A stretch of DNA of 35,682 nucleotides from Kovacikia sp. (GTDB lineage Bacteria > Cyanobacteriota > Cyanobacteriia > Leptolyngbyales > Leptolyngbyaceae): positions 1-35,682 of the forward strand of contig JBAUTA010001062.1 of assembly GCA_049581985.1 (NCBI GenBank), in the 5' to 3' direction. Below, in pieces: positions 17,590 to 25,401 of the stretch. Each line of letters starts with the position of its first letter. Positions within the stretch are counted from its first letter, which is position 1. Under the pieces are notes generated by a model that ran no database searches, was not told the origin of the DNA, and was given only the letters and a program-made list of their open reading frames with translations. Made by a program: the position numbers and the translations under genes.

Positions 17590-17723
17590 ACGCCACATAA
17601 AAAACCGCTTTGAGTGGACCGCCAAGATATCTTCTTTTCAACCGAGCAAGCAGAACGTTAGCTGGCAACCTACTCATCGAGTCCAACATTAGACGCTTAT
17701 GCTAAAGGGTACTCTGCCGTCGG

Positions 17724-18653
17724 TTACCCCAATATGCAGTGCGTTTCCCCCCCCATCTCAATCCAACCGCGAATCAGACCAGAGGTTGACTGAGCCGCAG
17801 CGCAGCGACCTGCACGATCAATTACAATCACTCCACCCTCTCCATTCACCTTCGCAACCAAATACTCAATCCCTGCTTTCGCCGCAGCATCCGCATCCAT
17901 CCCCCGAAACTGCACAAAATCAGAAATCGTTTTCGCCAGCACCGTCCGCAAAAACTGTTCCCCATAACCCGTTGCAGAGACCGCGCAGGTTTCATTATCC
18001 GCAAACACCCCCGCCCCCACCACTGGGGTATCGCCAACCCGACCCCAGCGCTTGTTCACCAACCCGCCTGTGGATGTCGCCGCCGCTAGATTACCCTGAA
18101 TGTCACGGGCAACAGCTCCGACGGTACCCAGCTTCTGGGACGGCTTGATCCGTTCATGATCCAACGTTATTCGTCCAGCGGCCTGAGCTTCTGCCAACTG
18201 TTTAAGCCGTGCCTCCGTGATGAAGTAATGCTCAGGATAAGTTTCCATCTGACAGAATTGAGCAAACTCCAACGCCCCAGCGCCCACCAGCATTACATGG
18301 TCACCCTGCTCCAGGACATGACGCGCTAAGGCGATCGGATTTTTAATCTGTTTGATACAGGCCACTGCCCCAGCCCTCAGATCACGCCCATTCATCAACG
18401 CCGCATCCATTTCTACCTTGCCCTCAGCATTGAGCACCGATCCCCGGCCCGCATTATAGAGCCGATCATCCTCTAGGAGCATCACACAATGCTCCACCAC
18501 ATCCAACGCACCGTCCCCTTTTTCCAAACGTTGACGACCCTGTTCCAAAATCGCGGTGATACTCTGCCTAAACTCTGCTTCGCTGGCCTCGTATTTCAGA
18601 TCTTCCAGAGCACCAGCACCACCGTGAATCATTAGGGAATAGGATTTGGACAT
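17724..18653 (-). CDS. iaaA: Isoaspartyl peptidase / L-asparaginase (Ntn hydrolase)
   Basis: IHGGAG, LED...NAG.GS, EMDA, GTVGAVA (Thr nucleophile), ATSTGG, GRVGD, SATG.GE. Confidence 0.95.
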   Translation of the reverse strand: MSKSYSLMIHGGAGALEDLKYEASEAEFRQSITAILEQGRQRLEKGDGALDVVEHCVMLLEDDRLYNAGRGSVLNAEGKVEMDAALMNGRDLRAGAVACIKQIKNPIALARHVLEQGDHVMLVGAGALEFAQFCQMETYPEHYFITEARLKQLAEAQAAGRITLDHERIKPSQKLGTVGAVARDIQGNLAAATSTGGLVNKRWGRVGDTPVVGAGVFADNETCAVSATGYGEQFLRTVLAKTISDFVQFRGMDADAAAKAGIEYLVAKVNGEGGVIVIDRAGRCAAAQSTSGLIRGWIEMGGETHCILG

Positions 18654-18824
18654 TGTTCGACCAGTACAGAGTGATAGGGAAAGAGGGCTTTAATGCTTAA
18701 AAAGGGGGTTTCGGCTCCCTTCGGCAAGCACGTATACATGAGCTTCGCTTACAGGCAGGCGTTCCCCCCCCCTCAAAAACCATTCGAAAAGCGATGATGG
18801 TCTTGCACGCGCCGGTGTCGCTAT

Positions 18825-20495
18825 TTAGGCGCGGTCGCACCCAGGAATCAGCTCCTCTAATATCCTAAAGCGAATATGGTTAATGGCTAAGTCTCCCAGG
18901 GAAAAATCCTTCGGCAAGTGATCAGCTGTCATTTTTGCAAACTTGATCCCTTTACCAATTTCGGTGTGGTACCAGGCTAACCCCATGAAAAAGCGCTCGG
19001 GATAGGGGCCTTGTTCAACGCTATCATCCACATTGGATTCCATCGGTAGCCAGCCAACACCAGGGACATAAAACTCCAACCAAACATGGTTGAAATCTGG
19101 CTCTAGGGGCAGATGGCGACGGTCAGCATGGGGGGGGCATTTGTAGCGCCCAATAGTGCGACAGGCAATACCATTGAGGCGCGCTAAGGCGAGTAAGACC
19201 CCAACGTATTCACCGCAGGAGCCAACCCCGCGCTCCAGAGCAACATCGGGGGTATCAATAGTGGGCCGGATACCATAGGAAAGGCGGTCGTAAACATAAT
19301 TGCGAATTTTGAGCATCTTCCGCAGCACATTCGTTTCCGTGCCGATTGCCTCCTTGGCGGCCTGACGAATCGTGGTCGTATCCATCGCCAGCTCATCGTC
19401 ATCCACCAAATAACGTTGCTGTAACTCGGGTGGGAGCAACAGACTGTCATCAATATCAGCGGGAGATAGATAATACTTGAGGCTGTACATTTCGATAACG
19501 GCCTTCCAGCCCAGTAGACCACCTTGATGGGGCTGAACCTGATCAAAGTGGAAGACCGCGACCTTCTGCCCCTCCTCTTCTTCAATCGTAAACGGATGAC
19601 CAATCGGTTCAATGTGGCGGATCCGCTGACGGAGTGTATCAGACGGCAAGGCAATCCGCCACTCTACATGGTTCAGGGTTATCGGTTCGAGGGGTAGCAG
19701 TTCTTCTACGTAGGACAGCTCCACCAGGTAACCGTTGGAGAGCGTATAGTGGGCTGCCGGCTTGTGATAGATGTACAAAGGATGGATGAAGGTGCGATCG
19801 CGAAATGTCAACTGATAAGGGAATTCTGCATTGGGATCATCCCGAATGTACGGCTCTTCATGGGCGTAGACAATATAGCAAATCGGTTCCTGCCCATTAG
19901 CAGGAGCATAAAAGGCAATGCCAGTAGGATCGCTAAAGGGGGTGAGCGTGCTGAATTGAATCACTCCCGTGGCGCGATCAAGGCCATAGACGGTTTGTTC
20001 CGTGTGATCGCACACCCACAGCGTCTCGTTAACCACTGTCATCGTTTCAGAACCCACACCGGGCTGAGGCAAGCGCGTAATTAGTTTGCCCGTACTACGT
20101 TCAAAAACATGGATATAGCCGGACTTTTGACAACTTACGTACACAGTTGATTCCCAGACTGCGACCCCATCAACCGGATAGGGAAGTCGCGTAAACATCG
20201 TCGGCGTTAGGGTTTGGCGATCGCACCAAAGCACCTCCTGCCCCTTCGCAAACCAGAAGGTATCGTGCCAAAGGGTCAACCCGGTTACCCCAATCCAGTC
20301 TGAAACACAGTAAGGGTTCAGAATGATCGTGTCGTTGGTGTGTGGATTAACAGAGACCAGATAGCCCCGAACCGTGTCAACCGAGAGTAACTGGTTTCCA
20401 TCAGACGTGAGTCCTGACAGGGCATAAACACCGATAGGGCGAATCATAGAATGCTGTAATGAAGCATCAGGGAACACGCTTTCAGGCTCCAGCAT
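18825..20495 (-). CDS. Transglutaminase-like domain protein with N-terminal beta-propeller-like repeats
   Basis: C-terminal TGase core GSCGEY, L.R..GI.CR...G, NHVWLEFY.PG.GW.PME. The N-terminal half has repeated short beta-strand units (G.....LW..D). Confidence 0.88.
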   Translation of the reverse strand: MLEPESVFPDASLQHSMIRPIGVYALSGLTSDGNQLLSVDTVRGYLVSVNPHTNDTIILNPYCVSDWIGVTGLTLWHDTFWFAKGQEVLWCDRQTLTPTMFTRLPYPVDGVAVWESTVYVSCQKSGYIHVFERSTGKLITRLPQPGVGSETMTVVNETLWVCDHTEQTVYGLDRATGVIQFSTLTPFSDPTGIAFYAPANGQEPICYIVYAHEEPYIRDDPNAEFPYQLTFRDRTFIHPLYIYHKPAAHYTLSNGYLVELSYVEELLPLEPITLNHVEWRIALPSDTLRQRIRHIEPIGHPFTIEEEEGQKVAVFHFDQVQPHQGGLLGWKAVIEMYSLKYYLSPADIDDSLLLPPELQQRYLVDDDELAMDTTTIRQAAKEAIGTETNVLRKMLKIRNYVYDRLSYGIRPTIDTPDVALERGVGSCGEYVGVLLALARLNGIACRTIGRYKCPPHADRRHLPLEPDFNHVWLEFYVPGVGWLPMESNVDDSVEQGPYPERFFMGLAWYHTEIGKGIKFAKMTADHLPKDFSLGDLAINHIRFRILEELIPGCDRA

Positions 20496-20742
20496 AAATT
20501 AACCGCTCACAACGTTTACCAATAGCCCTCAAGGTAAATGCAGGTTCGCCTTGATACTCTGGCCAGAGGACCTTACCACGAACTTAGTCCGAAGGGGAGA
20601 CCAATTCTGCTACAGGCAATACCCACTGGGATTTATTATCTAGACTAATATTGGATGAATATATGAGCGAACCGGAAGCCTCGGCTTCAGAAAGCCTATC
20701 CTGGAGAGCAGCCCGTCATCGAAACGAGGGATACAGCGTTTA

Positions 20743-20976
20743 ATGAAAGTTGTCTATGACCCGGATAAGGATATATTACAAATTGTTTTTATGGAAACAA
20801 CCATTGAGGAAACGGCTCAAATCGCACCAGGATTGGTGCTGGACTATGACGAAGATGGCAATGTCATTGGGGTAGAACTCAGAAAGGCCTCAACAAAGCT
20901 GGATAGCCCTTACGCAATTTCTTACCTAATTGGCGAAGCTAATGTTGATAAGCCCCAGCCTAACGCTAAAGAGTAA
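20743..20976 (+). CDS. DUF2283 domain-containing protein
   Basis: MKVVYDPDKDIL.I....LDYDEDGNVIGVEL..AS. Confidence 0.88.
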   Translation: MKVVYDPDKDILQIVFMETTIEETAQIAPGLVLDYDEDGNVIGVELRKASTKLDSPYAISYLIGEANVDKPQPNAKE

Positions 20977-20999
20977 GCACTCCAAACTATCGCCATGTC

Positions 21000-21230
21000 T
21001 CAATAATCATTCTTCCAGGACTCTTTGCCGACCAAATCGATAATGCGGTCTCTCAACAAATAGTCGTCCGCCTCTAACAACCGCTCAAGGCTCTGCCATT
21101 CGCGATCGCCAAAATATCTTCTCAGTTCATAAATGCGTTGCTGTCGACCGACTAAGCCCCTCGCAATTAAATCACGCACCTCATCTTGTATGTCGGTGAT
21201 GGAATATTGATACATGGTACGCATAATCAT
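21000..21230 (-). CDS. DUF4327 family protein (cyanobacterial)
   Basis: YS...IQDE.R.L...G.V.RQQ.IY.L, REW, LLRDRI.DL...E.W.ND. Confidence 0.85.
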   Translation of the reverse strand: MIMRTMYQYSITDIQDEVRDLIARGLVGRQQRIYELRRYFGDREWQSLERLLEADDYLLRDRIIDLVGKESWKNDY

Positions 21231-21446
21231 GTCCCCGCAAAGGAATTAGAAGAATAGAGTAGGCAGAAGATCCGTCTTCCTCACACAACGCTTTGGCAAC
21301 AAAACATGGCTAGCGGATATATGCAAGCCTGGGTAGAAGCAAGGTATTTCCGCTCCTATTCCCATGTGTGGACCCCAAGTGATCACTGGCAAGGGTTGAT
21401 CTCAAATCAAATCAAGTTTGTCCACCACAAGATCATATCTTACATT

Positions 21447-21487
21447 GTATTTTTCGTTACTGATTTAGCTGGAATTTAGACTAAATT
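21447..21487 (+). promoter_or_regulatory. NtcA box with class II-type -10 facing argZ
   Basis: GTA-TTTTTCGT-TAC (21447-60), 21 nt, TAAATT (21482-87; TAN3T). Confidence 0.6.
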
Positions 21488-21803
21488 TAAAATTATGCTA
21501 AATCTAGTGGTTTACAAGGGTAAAATCTGCAAGAAAAACACTATCTATGGCATTAGTCTAAACTCCAAATTCAACACAAAATGAAACGAAGTCAGAAATT
21601 CATGGTGTTTCCGCAAAGCCTTGTGAATCTTGAGTGTTAATAATCTACTCTGGGATAAAGATTGATATTACTTTGTTGGTGCTTCATGGTTAGAAATTTT
21701 TAGAAGTAGGTGATCGTGAATAGCTATGATAAAGCACCCCAAATGATGTAAATCTATCAATGGCCTTCAGCTCAGAGAAATCCCGTTCAAGGTTGAGTTA
21801 ACC

Positions 21804-23906
21804 ATGACTGATTCAGTGCGAATCTTGATGTGTGCCCCCGATCATTACGATGTCGATTACGTCATTAATCCGTGGATGGAAGGAAATATTCATCGCTCAT
21901 CGCGGGATAATGCCCAAGCGCAGTGGAAGAAGCTTTACCAAGTGTTGAAGTCCTACGCGACGGTTGATCTGGTTGAACCTCAGCCGGGATGGCCGGATAT
22001 GGTCTTTACTGCAAATGCCGGGTTGGTGTTGGGGGATACGGTTGTCCTCAGCCGCTTTTTCCATCCTGAACGGCAGGGTGAAGAGCCTTATTTTCAACAG
22101 TGGTTTGAAGACCAGGGCTACACGGTTCATAAGTTGCCCAAAAGTTTGCCATTTGAGGGCGCAGGAGATGCGCTGCTTGACCGGGCTGGACGGTGGTTGT
22201 GGGCAGGTTATGGATTCCGCTCGGAACTCGATTCCCATCCCTTCTTAGCCAAGTGGTTGGATATGGAGGTTCTATCCCTGAGACTGGTAGATCGGCGGTT
22301 TTATCACCTGGACACCTGCTTTTGTCCGCTCACGGATGGGTATCTGTTGTACTACCCACCGGCCTTTGATACCTATTCCAATCGACTGATCGAGTTGCGC
22401 GTTCCTGCCGAGAAACGCATTCCCCTTGATGAAGTGGATGCGGTCAATTTCTCTTGTAATGCGGTGAATATCGATCGTGTTGTGGTGATGAACAAAGCCA
22501 GCGATGGCTTAAAGCAAATTTTGGGCAATCGCAGTTTTACGGTGCTCGAAACGCCGCTGACGGAATTCCTGAAGGCAGGGGGCGCTGCGAAGTGTTTAAC
22601 ACTGCGGGTGACAGAACCTCGCCAAGAGTCTCCGCAAGCGTCTACGATTCAAAGCCGTGTCATTCATCTCGAAGGCCATTTATTGGATTCCGGTCTTGTG
22701 AATCAAGTCCTAGACACCATCGTGGCGGGGGGCGGAAGTTTTCAAGTCCTGAACTTTAATCTCGGCGAGCAGCGCTTAGACACCTCGGTGGCGGAGGTCA
22801 AGGTCTCAGCTCCTGATGCCGCAGTGATGGCTGATATCATGGGGCAATTGATCGACCTCGGAGCGGTGAGTGTACCCGAGGAAGCTTTACAAGCTAATCT
22901 AGAAGCGGTAACCCAGCCGGGGGTGGCTCCTGACGATTTCTATGTGACCACCATCTATCCCACGGAAGTTTTGATCGCGGGTCAGTGGGTCAAGGTTCAG
23001 GGACAACGGATGGATGGGGCCATCGCTGTGACGCGAAACCTTGAGGGTCCAGTGGCACTTTGTAAGCTCCTCCGAGATTTGCAGGTGGGTGAAGCCGTGG
23101 TGGTTGGTAGCGAGGGAATTCGTACCAAACGCAGCGCCACGACCCTGAAAAAGAACACGACGGAAGAATTCAGCTTCATGGGAGCTGGGGTTTCCAGTGA
23201 GCGTCGGGTAGAGCTGGTTGTGGAACAAATTGCCTGGGATTTGCGCCGAATCCGAGATCAGGGTGGCAAAGTTGCTGTCACGGCGGGTCCGGTTGTGATC
23301 CATACCGGTGGTGGCGAACACTTGAGCCGACTGATTCGAGAGGGTTATGTCCATGCCCTGCTGGGGGGAAACGCGATCGCAGTCCACGATATCGAGCAGT
23401 CACTCATGGGCACCTCTTTGGGGGTAGATATGAAGCGGGGCCTATCCGTTAATGGGGGGCACCGTCATCACCTCAAAGCGATCAATACGATTCGCCGTTG
23501 CGGCAGCATTGCCAATGCCGTGGAGCAGGGGGTGTTGTGCAGTGGTGTGATGTACGAATGCGTCAAAAATAAGGTTCCCTTTTCTCTGGCGGGATCGATT
23601 CGGGATGATGGCCCACTGCCGGACACCAAGATGGATCTGATGGAAGCGCAGGCAGAGTATGCCCGCTTAATTGAAGGTGCTGACCTGATTTTGATGCTAT
23701 CCAGCATGCTTCATTCCATCGGCGTGGGGAACATGACACCAGCGGGTGTGAAGATGGTATGTGTTGATATTAATCCGGCTGTGGTGACGAAGCTAAGCGA
23801 TCGCGGCTCCATCGAGTCAATTGGGGTTGTGACCGATGTGGGACTGTTCCTCAGCCTCTTGATTCAACAACTCAACAAACTGACCGGACAATATGCTCAG
23901 GTTTAG
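21804..23906 (+). CDS. argZ: Arginine dihydrolase / ornithine cyclodeaminase ArgZ (AgrE; TIGR00300 family)
   Basis: N-terminal amidinotransferase fold (INPWM, DMVFTAN, FEGAGD, YHLDT, GGAAKC); middle GHLLD..; C-terminal FMGAGVSSER, GGNAIAVHDIE, AGSIRDDGPLP, SMLHSI. Confidence 0.96.
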   Translation: MTDSVRILMCAPDHYDVDYVINPWMEGNIHRSSRDNAQAQWKKLYQVLKSYATVDLVEPQPGWPDMVFTANAGLVLGDTVVLSRFFHPERQGEEPYFQQWFEDQGYTVHKLPKSLPFEGAGDALLDRAGRWLWAGYGFRSELDSHPFLAKWLDMEVLSLRLVDRRFYHLDTCFCPLTDGYLLYYPPAFDTYSNRLIELRVPAEKRIPLDEVDAVNFSCNAVNIDRVVVMNKASDGLKQILGNRSFTVLETPLTEFLKAGGAAKCLTLRVTEPRQESPQASTIQSRVIHLEGHLLDSGLVNQVLDTIVAGGGSFQVLNFNLGEQRLDTSVAEVKVSAPDAAVMADIMGQLIDLGAVSVPEEALQANLEAVTQPGVAPDDFYVTTIYPTEVLIAGQWVKVQGQRMDGAIAVTRNLEGPVALCKLLRDLQVGEAVVVGSEGIRTKRSATTLKKNTTEEFSFMGAGVSSERRVELVVEQIAWDLRRIRDQGGKVAVTAGPVVIHTGGGEHLSRLIREGYVHALLGGNAIAVHDIEQSLMGTSLGVDMKRGLSVNGGHRHHLKAINTIRRCGSIANAVEQGVLCSGVMYECVKNKVPFSLAGSIRDDGPLPDTKMDLMEAQAEYARLIEGADLILMLSSMLHSIGVGNMTPAGVKMVCVDINPAVVTKLSDRGSIESIGVVTDVGLFLSLLIQQLNKLTGQYAQV

Positions 23907-23996
23907 GGGTAGTGTTACGGGAACTGTAGACGAACCGCTCTCTCTACCCTGTTTAATTTTTCTCTTTAATAGACCATCAAATGTAGAAGTATCGAG

Positions 23997-25394
23997 TTAG
24001 CTTTCTCCTGTGAGCTTGACTTGTTTGCCTTCCTCAATCTGCTCGGTCGGATGGAGAATCACGACTTCACTAGGGATAAGTCCTTTGCGTACTTCAGCCT
24101 CTAGGTCGCTGCGATAACCAAGGTCAATCTGGCGGCGTTGGGCTTTGTCTTCCTTGACCACAAAGACACACCAGGAACGATCACAGCGGAAAAGGGCATT
24201 CATCGGAACCTTCAGCACATTCTTCCCTTCCCAAGTGATGATGCGGGTCTCAACTCGATAGCCGTCCCCCAAGGGTTTAGAGGGACCCACAAAATCACCA
24301 ATAATATTGACCCGCTGCTCTTCCACACCCAGGGCAGAAACTTTGGTAAACCCTGAGGGTTCTATCACCCGGACGCGACCATGAAACACTGGGTTACCCG
24401 CTCCAGGGTCAATGAGCATCGGATCTCCTGGTTTTACCTTCACCGCATCAGACGAAAGCGCATCCACCACTATCTCAAGTTTGGAGGGGTCGCCCATCTC
24501 TAAGAGGGGAGTGCCATCGGTGACGAACTGAGCACTTTTCTGGAGGATACGGAGTACCCGCCCACGTACAGGGGCACGAATAGGGGTACGGGCTGCTTCA
24601 TCCCGAAGCGTGGAGAGTTCAGCTTCTGTGCTGGCGATGCGGGCATCATAGACCCTGAGTAAATAGTCAGGATCTTTCTGCTGCTTCTGCAAAACAGCGA
24701 GGCCAGCTTGTGCTGCTGCAACTTCTGCGGCGGAAGCTTTCGCCTGGAGGATGGCTGCTTCTAAGGCTTTAAGCCGCGTGGTTTCGCTAAGTTCTGCATT
24801 TTCTCGCTCTCTGCGAGAGATTGCTCCCGTTCTTTCCAGTTCCTGGGCCCGCTGACGGTCACGTCGAGCCTGATTCAGGAAAGCTTGAGCCTGAGAAACT
24901 TTTGCTTCGGCTTGGCGTTGATTGGCCTGAGCGGCCTGAATGCGTTCTTGCGCCTGGGTAAGGGATTCTGGTTTCGGTCGCTTGGTTTCCACTCCTGCCT
25001 TTTCAGCCCGATATTCAGCCAGCCGACTTAAGGCTTCTGTTACGGAAGCATTCAGGGGCAGAGGGTCTATGCGTGCCACGATGGTTCCACGCTCAATCAA
25101 GTCGCCCTCGTTCAGGGTAATGCGGTCAAGATGCCCATTGACAGGAGCGGAGATTACATAGCGCTGGCGAATACGCGTTTTTCCTTCTGCATTCACGGTG
25201 ACCTGGAGAGAACCGCGTTCGATGCGTGCGCTGTCTACCAAAATCGGTGCCGGGCGAAACACCATCACCAGGCCAAGGACAACCGCCATCCCCAGTGTGA
25301 TATAAACCATCTGCTTAAGCGGCAGTTTGGGCGCATCCTTTCCTATCATCGGTTTTTGGCGGGTGGGTTGGTCAGTAAAAGAGGATTGTTTCAT
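23997..25394 (-). CDS. Efflux periplasmic adaptor (HlyD/MacA family)
   Basis: N-terminal TM, ISAPVNG and IRAPV.G lipoyl halves around a coiled coil, TKVSALGVEEQRV. Confidence 0.92.
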   Translation of the reverse strand: MKQSSFTDQPTRQKPMIGKDAPKLPLKQMVYITLGMAVVLGLVMVFRPAPILVDSARIERGSLQVTVNAEGKTRIRQRYVISAPVNGHLDRITLNEGDLIERGTIVARIDPLPLNASVTEALSRLAEYRAEKAGVETKRPKPESLTQAQERIQAAQANQRQAEAKVSQAQAFLNQARRDRQRAQELERTGAISRRERENAELSETTRLKALEAAILQAKASAAEVAAAQAGLAVLQKQQKDPDYLLRVYDARIASTEAELSTLRDEAARTPIRAPVRGRVLRILQKSAQFVTDGTPLLEMGDPSKLEIVVDALSSDAVKVKPGDPMLIDPGAGNPVFHGRVRVIEPSGFTKVSALGVEEQRVNIIGDFVGPSKPLGDGYRVETRIITWEGKNVLKVPMNALFRCDRSWCVFVVKEDKAQRRQIDLGYRSDLEAEVRKGLIPSEVVILHPTEQIEEGKQVKLTGES

Positions 25395-25401
25395 AGCGTC
25401 C

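Larger units (their letters stand above)
9626..23804. repeat. Cluster of HIP1 octamers (GCGATCGC)
   Basis: Manual scan found perfect copies at 9626, 10916, 11353, 11704, 12152, 19794, 20217, 21102, 23373 and 23797; the only other copy in the window is at 30450. Confidence 0.85.

Noticed and set aside
18699..18721. Hairpin plus A-run between the TGase gene and iaaA as a minus-strand terminator
   Set aside because: The stem relies on G-T pairs on the + strand, which become C-A mismatches in the minus-strand transcript; too weak to call.
21230..21430. Glutamine riboswitch or other structured RNA in the DUF4327 leader
   Set aside because: I could not find the glnA-motif consensus by eye; an Rfam scan would be needed.
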